Shown piece after piece: positions 27,115 through 36,220 of a stretch of DNA of 64,000 nucleotides; the first letter of the stretch is position 1, and every line of letters begins with the position of its first letter. Both the position numbers and the translations under genes were made by a program. Source of the stretch: a virus (lineage: Duplodnaviria; Caudoviricetes); IMG/VR virus record IMGVR_UViG_3300033075_000927, positions 1 to 64,000 of that record; one strand, 5' to 3'. The notes below the pieces were generated by a model. The model was given only the letters and a program-made list of their open reading frames with translations. It was not told the DNA's origin and searched no databases.

Positions 27115-27717
27115 ATGCCAGATACAGCTGACACAGACGGAGCTAAACCAAAAACTGCCGGTGAAGCTGACACCTCAGAAGCAGGCATGCAGGCGTACAT
27201 GCTCAAGCACTTCTACTTTTGCGAGGCTATTAAGGGGCTTCGTGTCAAGGAGAAAAGGCACTTCAACGGCAAGGAGGTCGGAGAGCCAGCCGGAAGTCCT
27301 ACACACTACGGATACCGACAGATAAATGTGTTCGGTAGACCGCACCTAGAGCACAGACTTGTATGGCTGATGTGTAAAGGGCACATGCCAACCCTAGAGC
27401 TGGATCACGCTGATCAGGATAAGTTGAATAACCACATCTCCAACCTTAGAGAAGTGACACGGTCACAGAATAGCCAGAACAAGGGTAAGCAGAGTAACAA
27501 TAAATCCGGCAGAGTAGGGGTTCACAGGTCCGTAGACAGGTGCGGTAACGCATCCTGGATAGCCCAGATATGGGTAGACAATAAATATCGGAGCAAGACT
27601 TTCAGCTGTAATAAGTATGGCGAGGACAGTGCCAGGGATCAGGCCCTCTCTTGGAGAAGCCTGGCAGAACTCAACTTACACACTCACAGACCGACACAAC
27701 CCACGGAGCAGATATGA
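27115..27717 (+). CDS. HNH endonuclease
   Basis: EHRLVWLM..LDHADQDKLNNHISNLREVTRSQN; start behind TTTTGGAG. Confidence 0.88.
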   Translation: MPDTADTDGAKPKTAGEADTSEAGMQAYMLKHFYFCEAIKGLRVKEKRHFNGKEVGEPAGSPTHYGYRQINVFGRPHLEHRLVWLMCKGHMPTLELDHADQDKLNNHISNLREVTRSQNSQNKGKQSNNKSGRVGVHRSVDRCGNASWIAQIWVDNKYRSKTFSCNKYGEDSARDQALSWRSLAELNLHTHRPTQPTEQI

Positions 27718-28619
27718 GCATCAAACCCCAGCTGGCAAGTAATTACGAAGAAGGTAACATCCAACTACCTACCTTCGCCCAGCCCAAGATCGACGGAGTG
27801 CGAGGCCTCAACCTAGACGGTAGGCTCGTCGGACGCAGCCTCAAGGCCTTTAAAAACAAGGCTCTGACGGCCAAGTTCAGCCAACCAAAGTACCAAGGTC
27901 TGGACGGTGAGCTGGCCCTTGGTGATGAGACTTCAAGCTCTCTGTGCCGAGACACCACCTCCGCCGTCAACACGATCACAGGCCCCTCCGAAGGTGTCGT
28001 GTGGCACGTATTCGACCTTGTGACCGAGGAGACGATTAAGTTGCCGTACTACGAGCGGTACAAGCTTCTGTGTCAGCGAGTGGAAGAGCTGGACGAGAAT
28101 TGCATCAAGCTTGTGCCCTACTTCAGGCTCAATTCCTCATCTGAGGTCGAGGAATACGACGAGGAGAACTTGGCTGATGGCTACGAGGGCACGATCCTGC
28201 GCAACCCTAACTCCCTGTACAAGGAAGGTCGGCCAGGCAAGAAAGAGCAACAGCTGATGCGAATTAAACGGTTCTCAGACTCTGAAGCCCTGGTGTTGGC
28301 AGTTGTCGAAGGTCGGACAAACCTGAACGAAGCTGTGGTCAACGAGATTGGCCGCTCAGAAAGAAGCTCTCACGCCGAGAACCAAGTTCCGAACGGCATG
28401 GTCGGATCGCTGACATGCAGAGACTTGGAGTCTGGCATGACGATCACAGTCTCCCCAGGGGAGATGGATCACATTGAACGCAAGTTCTACTTCGACAACC
28501 AGCAGGAAATTGTCGGCAAGACGATCACCTACAAGAGCTTCAAGAAGGGTGTGAAGACCTTGCCTCGGTTCCCGACATTCAAGAACATCCGCAGTGCGGA
28601 AGATATGGAGCAGAAATGA
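27714..28619 (+). CDS. ATP-dependent DNA ligase
   Basis: QPKIDGVRG (motif I), LDGE, VFDL, EGTILR, KRFSDSE, RFPTF. Confidence 0.92.
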   Translation: MSIKPQLASNYEEGNIQLPTFAQPKIDGVRGLNLDGRLVGRSLKAFKNKALTAKFSQPKYQGLDGELALGDETSSSLCRDTTSAVNTITGPSEGVVWHVFDLVTEETIKLPYYERYKLLCQRVEELDENCIKLVPYFRLNSSSEVEEYDEENLADGYEGTILRNPNSLYKEGRPGKKEQQLMRIKRFSDSEALVLAVVEGRTNLNEAVVNEIGRSERSSHAENQVPNGMVGSLTCRDLESGMTITVSPGEMDHIERKFYFDNQQEIVGKTITYKSFKKGVKTLPRFPTFKNIRSAEDMEQK

Positions 28620-28650
28620 CCGGTATCCCACCGCCAGAAACGGACTGACC

Positions 28651-28783
28651 GTGGTAAACTTTGCGACAGGGCGTTCCCGCACCGGCTGTCGCAAAGCCTT
28701 GCAGTGCGGGAGGGTCTTGACCTTCTGGGCTGAATCGGCGTGTTGCGACCACACCGTTTCGGCCCTTTCTTTTGGAGAATCGA
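28651..28783 (+). promoter_or_regulatory. structured 5' leader of thyX (promoter, hairpin/pseudoknot, terminator-like stem)
   Basis: GTGGTAAACT extended -10; 11-bp stem 28659-69/28686-96; loop 28675-82 complementary to 28704-11; stem 28727-65 followed by TTTCTTTT. Confidence 0.55.
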
Positions 28784-29419
28784 ATGCAATCAGTAAAGTT
28801 AGTATGGGCTACACCTGAAATTGACAGGCACCTGGCGTACATCGCCCGTGTGAGCAACCCTGAGAACCAGGAAAACGAAAACATCGTGGGACTTCTGCGC
28901 TACATGCTGCGCAACGGCCATGTCAGCCCGTTCGAGATGAGCCACATGTGCGTGGAGATCAACACCACACGAGACATTGGCCGACAAATTCTGCGCCACA
29001 GATCGTTCTCGTTCCAGGAATTTAGTGGCCGCTACCAGTCCTATGACAAACTTCCGGCAGCCGAGTTTCGCGAGTGCCGACTGCAGGATGCCAAGAATCG
29101 GCAGAACAGTCTGCACACAGACGACGCTGAGCTTGCTGAGCAGTGGCACTGCCGCCAAGGTGTGCTGCTGGCAAAGGCTCAGCAGACCTACCAGTGGGCA
29201 CTTGATCACGGCATCGCCAAGGAGCAGGCCCGCGCGGTGCTGCCGGAAGGCTTGACACCATCCCGCCTGTACATGGTGGGCAGCCTGCGCAGCTGGATTC
29301 ACTACCTGAAGTCCAGGCTCGACCCGTCCACGCAAAAAGAGCATCGCCTGATCGCCGCCGAGGTTCAGGCGATTCTCCGCGAGCTGGCTCCAGTGGCTGC
29401 GGAGGCTGCCGGTTTATGA
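28784..29419 (+). CDS. thyX: FAD-dependent thymidylate synthase ThyX
   Basis: RHRSFSFQEFSGRY signature; GHVSPFE. Confidence 0.95.
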   Translation: MQSVKLVWATPEIDRHLAYIARVSNPENQENENIVGLLRYMLRNGHVSPFEMSHMCVEINTTRDIGRQILRHRSFSFQEFSGRYQSYDKLPAAEFRECRLQDAKNRQNSLHTDDAELAEQWHCRQGVLLAKAQQTYQWALDHGIAKEQARAVLPEGLTPSRLYMVGSLRSWIHYLKSRLDPSTQKEHRLIAAEVQAILRELAPVAAEAAGL

Positions 29420-29826
29420 GCACTTCAGCAAACCGTGGCAAGGAAGCGGAGACCCTTGTCAAAAAGCGGCTGGAGGTGTTGGCCAAGTCCTCCAACGTGG
29501 CCTGGCACCGCCCACCGGACATGCGCTCCGGCAGCTTCCAGCCAGCCCTCTGTGACTTCATCCTCTTGCAGGAAGGGCAGCTCACCTTGATCGAGGTGAA
29601 GCAGACTCAGCACGATTACCGCTTGCCGCACGGCAACCTCAGCACCGAACAAGTTGGTCGTATGCGGGTCTGGGAGATGGCAGGAGCTAGGTGCTATATC
29701 CTGGTTTACCACTCAGGTATTAAGCAGTGGCGCATGGAGGATGTGGGCTACTTCTCTGAACGTACAGGCGGCTCATGGGACTTGAGGCCACTGTCAACAC
29801 GAAGACTTGAGGAGATATTGCTATGA
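29416..29826 (+). CDS. PD-(D/E)xK nuclease, RecU/Holliday junction resolvase-like
   Basis: GKEAE..CDFILL..LIEVKQT. Confidence 0.75.
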   Translation: MSTSANRGKEAETLVKKRLEVLAKSSNVAWHRPPDMRSGSFQPALCDFILLQEGQLTLIEVKQTQHDYRLPHGNLSTEQVGRMRVWEMAGARCYILVYHSGIKQWRMEDVGYFSERTGGSWDLRPLSTRRLEEILL

Positions 29827-29877
29827 GTGAAGCGAGTAAAAAGGTCCCAGAGCTGCCGGTAAAATTGGGGAGGTACT

Positions 29878-30558
29878 ATGGGCAGTAAAATTTTAAGCGA
29901 AGCTGACGGAATTGGCCGGGTATTCCACAGGCTGACTGTACTAGGCTGGGCAGGTAAGACCAAACGAAACCACAGGCTCTGGAGGTGTGCTTGCTCCTGC
30001 GGACGTGAGCACATAACCGAAATGTACCCACTCACAGCCGGACTTGTTAAGTCCTGCGGTTGCTATAAGGTTGACATGGCTGGTTCGCATTCTATAACCC
30101 ACGGCGCTGCCTCAATCAAAAGTGACCCTGAAGCCCGCAGAGTTTACCGAGTGTGGACTGGTATACGAAAACGCTGCCTGAGTCCTAAATCCAAAGCATA
30201 CGCAGACTATGGTGGTAGAGGGGTAACGCTATGCGACGAGTGGCTTGATTTCAGCAATTTTATCCGTGATATGGGCCCCAACTCTGAAGGTATGACAGTA
30301 GAGCGTATTGATGTGAATAAGGGCTATGAACCTGGAAACTGCAAGTGGTTGCCGCTCAGTAGACAGAATGAGAACAAGCGCAACACCTTACGAGTAACTT
30401 ACAGCGGTAAAGAGTGGTGCTTGAAGCGTCTGTGCGAACATCTTGAGGTGCCATACGGCAGAACATTCAAAAGGTTACGCAGAATGTCCTTAGCGGAAGC
30501 CCTTGACCTGCCCGACACCTGTGAGATAAGCCTAGTTAACAGGGGTACACAATGCTAA
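29878..30558 (+). CDS. HNH-like endonuclease (CxCxCG type)
   Basis: WRCACSCG, KSCGC, W.GIRKRC, YGGRGVTLCDEW, TVERID..KGYEPGNCKW. Confidence 0.85.
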   Translation: MGSKILSEADGIGRVFHRLTVLGWAGKTKRNHRLWRCACSCGREHITEMYPLTAGLVKSCGCYKVDMAGSHSITHGAASIKSDPEARRVYRVWTGIRKRCLSPKSKAYADYGGRGVTLCDEWLDFSNFIRDMGPNSEGMTVERIDVNKGYEPGNCKWLPLSRQNENKRNTLRVTYSGKEWCLKRLCEHLEVPYGRTFKRLRRMSLAEALDLPDTCEISLVNRGTQC

Positions 30559-31550
30559 CTGTCCTAAACGACTGCCACCTTGGAACTGTACGTTCCGCTG
30601 GAACGACACCAGTCACCCGACAAGCTCTAAGAGAGAGACTTCTAAGCAAGTTCAAGAACTTGCTCCCTGAGCAGGGAGACCTACTGATAGGGGGAGACCT
30701 TTTCGATGCCACCCACATTGCAGCCTCTGACCTGTTCGCGGTGTACGGAATCCTGACTCGTTGGCTGACTGCCAACCCTGACAGCTTCCTGTACAACAGC
30801 CGAGGAAACCACGACTGTGCGAGCTCAAGCAACGTGATGTCAAGCTTTGACCTGCTTGGTAAGCTGTTGACAATGCACTTTCCTAATCGGTACGTGCATA
30901 TAGATAAGCCGACAGCAACACCTCACGGCTATGTCATCCCGCATATGCCAAATCAGGTGCTGTTCGATGACGCGATTGCAGCTGTACCTGAATGTGATTT
31001 CCTGTTTGTGCATTGCAACATCAGCAACTGCTTCGCCGCACAGTCTGATCACAGCCTAAACCTCAGCTTAGAGCAGATCGCTGCGTGCAAGGCCAAGCAG
31101 ATTGTCTGCGCTCACGAGCACCACGGAAGAACACTTGGTAAGGTTACCGTCACAGGCTTGCAGACACCTTCCAGTGTGTCAGACCTACTCAGCCCAGGAG
31201 ACAAGCAGTATGCTGTGATCCGAGACGGCAAGCTCACCTTGCACACCTGCGCCCGCCGCGCCGACGAGTTTGCCGAGATGCCCTGGAACGACCTGAAGCC
31301 CAGCGCCGCGCCGTTCATCCGCATCAGCGGCGAGGCCACGGCAGCTCAGGCCTCTGAAGCCCTGGCCGCAGTCGCCGCCTACCGGCGCACGTCGGAAGCC
31401 CTGGTGGTGGCCAATGCCGTCAAGGTTCAGGCAGCTGAAGGTGCCGACTTCGAGGATGCAGTGGCAGACATGAAGGGGTATGATGTCATGTCCATGCTCC
31501 GGGAAGTCCTGGAGCCGAATGAAGTGAAAATTTTGGAGGGGTTGAAGTGA
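30552..31550 (+). CDS. metallophosphoesterase, SbcD/Mre11-like nuclease
   Basis: DCHLG, GGDLFD, GNHD and AHEH motifs; upstream of the SMC-like ATPase. Confidence 0.85.
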   Translation: MLTVLNDCHLGTVRSAGTTPVTRQALRERLLSKFKNLLPEQGDLLIGGDLFDATHIAASDLFAVYGILTRWLTANPDSFLYNSRGNHDCASSSNVMSSFDLLGKLLTMHFPNRYVHIDKPTATPHGYVIPHMPNQVLFDDAIAAVPECDFLFVHCNISNCFAAQSDHSLNLSLEQIAACKAKQIVCAHEHHGRTLGKVTVTGLQTPSSVSDLLSPGDKQYAVIRDGKLTLHTCARRADEFAEMPWNDLKPSAAPFIRISGEATAAQASEALAAVAAYRRTSEALVVANAVKVQAAEGADFEDAVADMKGYDVMSMLREVLEPNEVKILEGLK

Positions 31551-31771
31551 AATTTTGCAAAGACTGTAAGCACCTGCGACTTTTGTATTGGTGCCAGCAC
31601 CCAAAACTAGGCATCAACACCGTGACAGGTGGGCCACAGTCGGCGCGTGCCGACGAGATTCGCGGAACGCAAGGTCGCTGCGGAAGCGACTGGACTAGGT
31701 GCGGCCCAGAGGCTATCTGGTTCGAGCCCAATATGCGCAGTAGGTTTGTCACATGGCTCACTCAAAAGTGA
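31547..31771 (+). CDS. small Cys-rich protein (74 aa)
   Basis: CKDCKH..C..C..C motif; GTGA overlap. Confidence 0.65.
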   Translation: MKFCKDCKHLRLLYWCQHPKLGINTVTGGPQSARADEIRGTQGRCGSDWTRCGPEAIWFEPNMRSRFVTWLTQK

Positions 31772-31974
31772 TAGCCTACTGCACCAACTGCCGGCACTAC
31801 CAGCCTCCGGCAAAGTCACACGGGGCTGGCCAGTGTCTGGCAGTATCCTTGCCCGCCATCACCGCCAGGGCTCAGGCCTGCGGCACCTTCGGCCACCTGT
31901 TTGAGGCAGCTCCTTTGCACGCTGCGCACCCAAGGATGGTAAAAGGGCCAACAAAGAAGAGGAAATCACCGTGA
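31753..31974 (+). CDS. small Cys-rich protein (73 aa)
   Basis: CTNCRHY..C..C. Confidence 0.55.
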   Translation: MAHSKVIAYCTNCRHYQPPAKSHGAGQCLAVSLPAITARAQACGTFGHLFEAAPLHAAHPRMVKGPTKKRKSP

Positions 31975-32546
31975 ACAGCGTATCGCCACACAGTTACTTC
32001 GCCTACCCGGAAGCCTTCGTACCTGGAGCTGCCATGCTCGTCAATGCAGCATTTGCCACTGTGGGCTGGGGCATCAGTGACCAGACGCTTGGCTTATGAC
32101 ACCGGCTACTGAGCCTGTTGAGCAGTGCAACTGCGCATCCTACTATCTGTCGTACCACCCAGACACGATTACGCTTGTGTTCAGAATCATCCGACCGGTT
32201 ACCCGCATCAGACCCGCCAGAGAGCGACTACTACCATGACACCTTCATTCGATACCTCCACACTTTACTGCCAAACAATAAAAACTACTGTGCATGGGTG
32301 GGTGTACGTTTCGCGTGAGTTCAGAGACGTAGGCCGTAACATCGTGCCGCTGATCGGACTTGTGCTGTGACACCAGCCTACTCCGTAACTAGCCAGAGCT
32401 ACAGCTCACACTACATACAGTATCCGCTAGATGGCTGCGACGCGCAGGCGCTGGTGTATGCAGGCATACGAGAAGTGTTCTTGAAATCACCATTAAGATG
32501 GACTTTACTACAATGGCACCAGCCCACTTCAGCCTCGGCTGTTTAA
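31971..32546 (+). other. micro-ORF cluster G (4 microproteins)
   Basis: 31971-32099 (42 aa), 32096-32239 (47 aa MTPATE), 32236-32370 (44 aa MTPSFD), 32367-32546 (59 aa MTPAYS); all RTGA overlaps. Confidence 0.8.
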
Positions 32547-32652
32547 CTAATCCGCACTGCTTCCCTTACTTCATAGTCAAGGCTAAGAGGGTAGTCTGGG
32601 CCGCGCTAGACAGCATCCGACACAACACACCAACCAAAAGCCGCCTACTCTG

Positions 32653-34656
32653 ATGATCAAAACCTTAACACTCACCAACTTCCGCAAGCACCGAGACCTG
32701 CATATCGACTTTGCCCAGGGTCTTACGGTTCTGGCCGGGGACAACGAGGCAGGCAAGTCCTCCGTGCTGGAGGCCCTGCTCTACGCTTGGGGCGGCAGCC
32801 GAGCGCTGCCGCGCTCGCTGGATGCCACAGTCACCTATGGCCAGCCCGTCAGCAGCCTGAAGGTGCAGCTGACCTTCGAGGTTGGCGGCGTGCTGTACAC
32901 CCTCACCCGCTCCAAGGCCGGCGCTGAGATGATGGGCGGCGGGGCACTATCGGTCGGCCAGACGGAGGTGACAGCGGCTGTCGAGCGGCTGCTGGGTGCC
33001 CCGGTGGCCACGCTGAGCCGGCTGCTGGTGGCCAGGCAAACTGACCTGAAGGGTGTGGCCGCCGAGGGCGCTGCAGCCGTCAAGCTGATCGAAGAGCTTG
33101 CCGAACTCGGCGCCATCGAAGACTTGGTCGAAAAGGTGCAGGCCCAGTTGCCATACGGCTCTACGAAGGCGGCGCTCGAAAAGCTCGAAGCTCTGCGCCA
33201 AGAACGCGCCCCGGAGCTGCCCGACTTCTCGCCTGAGCTGAAGCAGGCCGAGCTGGAAGCTGCGCTGGCGGCAGCCGAGGCCAGCGAGGGGGCGGAACTT
33301 GAGCGCGAGGCGCTGGCCGAGTTGCTGGATGCCCAGGCGGCTGACATGGCACACCAGGCAGCCAAGTCTGAGCAGGCGCGGCTGCAAGCCATTCTGGCCC
33401 TGCCGCAGACCAAGCCCCTGGATCACTCTGCCACTCCTGTCGAGCAGATCATCGCTGCGCGGACGGAGCAGGCTCGGCAGGTAGAGCTGCGCAACGCTTG
33501 GGCGGCGTGGACCAACTTGGCCGTGGTCCCTGACCCAGGCCCGATGCCAGTAGTTGACCACGGCGCACCGGAAAAGCTGCAGGCGCAGCTGCGAAACCTT
33601 GGGTACTCACGCCCACAGATAGAGAGCCATTGCGAACATTGCGGCAGCCCGTTGGAACCGCCTACAGCTGAAATACTGGCCAGAGTGGCCGGAATTGACG
33701 CTGAGATGGCTAAGCTGCGAGCAGAGCACCAAGCAGCAGTGGCCGCAAGAGCTGAAGCCGTGGCTGCCCAGACTGCCTGGTGCTCTGCACAGGAGAACTG
33801 GAAAACCTACCTGCACAAGCTTTCGCTGCTCAGTCGCTACGTGCAGGACGGAGCCTGGGTCGGCGGCCCAGTCTCGTCAGAAGTGGACACCACCAACTAC
33901 GACGTGATGCTGAACAACGAGCTGCGCAAGCAGCGCGAGGCTGCTCAGATCGAAGAGCGCATCAAGCTGGAGTCGGTGCAGCGGGCCCAGGCCGAGAAAG
34001 ATTTGGCACGGCTGGTTGTGCCCCCAGCCGTCACCGACCTGGACAACCTGTCGAAGCACGCGGCGCTGCGCAGCAGCCAGGCGCGAACCTTGGCCAAGGT
34101 CGCGCAGTCGGCTGCGGACGGGCTGCGAGCCAAGCAGGCGGCAGCCAGAGACCTGGAGACCCAGTACAAAGTACAGATGGCCACCTACCAAGCCGGGCAG
34201 GCGCAGTTGGCCGAACTGACGCGCACCGTCAGCGAGATGGACACGAACAATGCCCTGATCAAGAAGTTGCGCCAGGCCCGCCCCGTGCTGGCGGCGAAGT
34301 TGTGGGCCGGCCTGCTGGCGGCCATCAGCCGCACGTTCAGCGAGCTGCGCGGTGTGCCTTCGGTGGTGGGCCGGTCTGCCGATGGGTTCGAGGTGGACGG
34401 CAAGCCTGCCTCCGACCTGAGCGGATCGACACTTGACATCTTGGGACTTGCCGTTCGCATCAGCCTGATGCGAGCATTTCTGCCTGGTGTCGGCCTGCTG
34501 ATTCTGGATGAGCCGGCTGCGGCTATGGATGCAGCCCGCGAGGAGCGGCTGCTGGCAGCACTTGCCACACTCGACTTCGGCCAGGTCTTGATGGTTTCAC
34601 ACGGCGACACTGCGAAAGCTGTTGCCGGTAGCGTAATTTTGTTACAAGGAGTCTGA
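32653..34656 (+). CDS. SMC/SbcC/Rad50-like ATPase
   Basis: GDNEAGKSS Walker A, long coiled coil with CEHC hook, LSGS signature, ILDEP. Confidence 0.9.
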   Translation: MIKTLTLTNFRKHRDLHIDFAQGLTVLAGDNEAGKSSVLEALLYAWGGSRALPRSLDATVTYGQPVSSLKVQLTFEVGGVLYTLTRSKAGAEMMGGGALSVGQTEVTAAVERLLGAPVATLSRLLVARQTDLKGVAAEGAAAVKLIEELAELGAIEDLVEKVQAQLPYGSTKAALEKLEALRQERAPELPDFSPELKQAELEAALAAAEASEGAELEREALAELLDAQAADMAHQAAKSEQARLQAILALPQTKPLDHSATPVEQIIAARTEQARQVELRNAWAAWTNLAVVPDPGPMPVVDHGAPEKLQAQLRNLGYSRPQIESHCEHCGSPLEPPTAEILARVAGIDAEMAKLRAEHQAAVAARAEAVAAQTAWCSAQENWKTYLHKLSLLSRYVQDGAWVGGPVSSEVDTTNYDVMLNNELRKQREAAQIEERIKLESVQRAQAEKDLARLVVPPAVTDLDNLSKHAALRSSQARTLAKVAQSAADGLRAKQAAARDLETQYKVQMATYQAGQAQLAELTRTVSEMDTNNALIKKLRQARPVLAAKLWAGLLAAISRTFSELRGVPSVVGRSADGFEVDGKPASDLSGSTLDILGLAVRISLMRAFLPGVGLLILDEPAAAMDAAREERLLAALATLDFGQVLMVSHGDTAKAVAGSVILLQGV

Positions 34657-34657
34657 G

Positions 34658-34825
34658 ATGTCGTGCGAAAACTGCAACTACGACTGTGACCAAGGTCGCA
34701 GGTGTTCTGGCCGTGTGCTGGGCGGCCCCTGGTACGGGTTGGTCGCAGCTGTGGCCATCACCTTCTTCATTGGCTGGGTTCTGGCTCCGCTGGTGGCGCG
34801 GGCGCTGACTGGGTGGCGGGTGTAG
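34658..34825 (+). CDS. small Cys-rich membrane protein (55 aa)
   Basis: Hand translation MSCENCNYDCDQGRRCS followed by a TM helix; RBS AAGGAG. Confidence 0.55.
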   Translation: MSCENCNYDCDQGRRCSGRVLGGPWYGLVAAVAITFFIGWVLAPLVARALTGWRV

Positions 34826-35270
34826 GCCAGGCCTCTTTCAAGGTTTGGACGTCGTTCGCGTGGCCCTGAGCAAGGCTCTCCATTCGGACAACTTCAGTTG
34901 CACAGTCTCCGAATACGGTTTCGAGGGCAGAGGTGTAGTCAGCTCCGGGGCTGACGGGATCACCGGGCAAGGACTCCCGTTCGGCTCGATAACGGGCAAG
35001 GTCGCTCCGCAGCCCGTCAACATCACGCTCAAGAGCAGAATTTTGGCTCTGCCAAAATCGCTGGCGCTGGGCTGCGGTACGCGAAGCTGCATCTTTTTGA
35101 CTTTGGAGACGGGTGGTTTCGGCATTTGCATTCTCCAGGGCGCGAAAATCGCGCTTCAGGTGATCGGTTGACAGGCTGGCCAAGGCCAACTCATATTTTT
35201 GGGCTTGGTACTTCCACACCCCGCCGCCAGCCAGCAAGGCCGAGATCAGACACAGAATCAGGTAGGGCAT
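34767..35270 (-). CDS. rz: inner-membrane spanin
   Basis: N-terminal TM anchor plus coiled coil, downstream of the endolysin, with a nested lipoprotein gene. Confidence 0.8.
   Translation of the reverse strand: MPYLILCLISALLAGGGVWKYQAQKYELALASLSTDHLKRDFRALENANAETTRLQSQKDAASRTAAQRQRFWQSQNSALERDVDGLRSDLARYRAERESLPGDPVSPGADYTSALETVFGDCATEVVRMESLAQGHANDVQTLKEAWPTPATQSAPAPPAEPEPSQ
34838..35092 (-). CDS. rz1: outer-membrane spanin lipoprotein (embedded)
   Basis: Lipobox LTGC after a hydrophobic stretch, Pro-rich body, nested in a different frame of Rz. Confidence 0.75.
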   Translation of the reverse strand: MQLRVPQPSASDFGRAKILLLSVMLTGCGATLPVIEPNGSPCPVIPSAPELTTPLPSKPYSETVQLKLSEWRALLRATRTTSKP

Positions 35271-35467
35271 GCTGCTCTCCTGGCCGACGAATCGTCGGCA
35301 TCCTCCACCTCATCGGGTGCCGGCTTCGGGGCTGGCGGCACGAATACCGACTTCTCACGCGCCCGGCGCGAGCGGGCTCTGGACTCAGCCGGGTCGAGGA
35401 GGGCCACCAGCTCTCCAGTGTCAGTTTGTCTCAGTCCAAGTTGTTGCGCCCAGTGCGATGTGTTCAT
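35258..35467 (-). CDS. hypothetical protein (69 aa)
   Basis: GGAGG RBS; lies between the endolysin and Rz. Confidence 0.55.
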   Translation of the reverse strand: MNTSHWAQQLGLRQTDTGELVALLDPAESRARSRRAREKSVFVPPAPKPAPDEVEDADDSSARRAACPT

Positions 35468-35469
35468 GC

Positions 35470-35967
35470 TCAGGCCTCCGACTTGCTGAACTCGCCTGGC
35501 TCTGCCACGGCAACCTGGGCCAACCCTTCGCCGGCAGGTGCTCGCCAAAACTTGACGCGCTGGGTCGGGAACCAGCTCTCGCGCACAGCGTCACCCTGGT
35601 TGCCTCCCAGCAGCCTGACGGACTTGCCGTCGCGGCTGATGCCGGTCACGATGGCAACGTGGCCACCGCCTTCACGGGTCAGCACGGCCACACAGCCCTG
35701 AGCCGGGTAATTCAGCGGCTCGCCCCAAGTGGCCCAGGCCAGCGCTGAGCTGTATTTGGCGGGGAACGGCAGGCCGGCCTCCTTGCAGACTCTGGCCGCG
35801 AACGCCCCACACCAAGGAAGCTTGGAATCGTCTTGCCCGTACTCGCCCCAGAACCACTTGCCACCGGGCAGCGAGAGCCAAGTGTCCTTGATCCAGGCAT
35901 TCACGCCTGGGCCGGGCACCTCGCGCTGGCCAATGTAAAGCATGGCGACTTTGATGAGTTTACTCAT
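35470..35967 (-). CDS. endolysin, NlpC/P60/CHAP-type (TIGR02594-like)
   Basis: PWCGAF, GGHVAIV and LLGGNQ motifs in the lysis cassette. Confidence 0.85.
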   Translation of the reverse strand: MSKLIKVAMLYIGQREVPGPGVNAWIKDTWLSLPGGKWFWGEYGQDDSKLPWCGAFAARVCKEAGLPFPAKYSSALAWATWGEPLNYPAQGCVAVLTREGGGHVAIVTGISRDGKSVRLLGGNQGDAVRESWFPTQRVKFWRAPAGEGLAQVAVAEPGEFSKSEA

Positions 35968-36220
35968 GGCGCAGTACCCTTCTGTGATGGCGGAATTTGA
36001 TGGCGTTCTTGGCAGTGCCAACCGCGTACACAGCGACACCCACGGCAAGGATGGTGACCGGCCTCTCCGGGCACGGGCTGTCGCTGAGCAGTGACAATGT
36101 GCTGCCCATGCAGGCGGCTGACAGCCCAACCCGCTGAAGCAGGTTGTCGGAGAATTCTGGATGCAGCACGCCGACCAGGGCCAGCACCGCTGTAGTGGCT
36201 AAGGCAAAGTCGAACATCAT
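35960..36220 (-). CDS. holin/antiholin-like membrane protein
   Basis: About 3 hydrophobic segments and a basic C-terminus; directly upstream of the endolysin. Confidence 0.6.
   Translation of the reverse strand: MMFDFALATTAVLALVGVLHPEFSDNLLQRVGLSAACMGSTLSLLSDSPCPERPVTILAVGVAVYAVGTAKNAIKFRHHRRVLRHE

Noticed and set aside
28652-28720. c-di-GMP-I riboswitch (GGTAAAC...GCAAAGCC resemblance)
   Set aside because: The GNRA-capped stem is lacking, and GCAAAG is explained by the perfect inverted repeat. An Rfam search is needed to exclude it fully.
31715-31735. tRNA T-arm-like GGTTCGAGCCC
   Set aside because: Lies within a coding ORF and has no cloverleaf.
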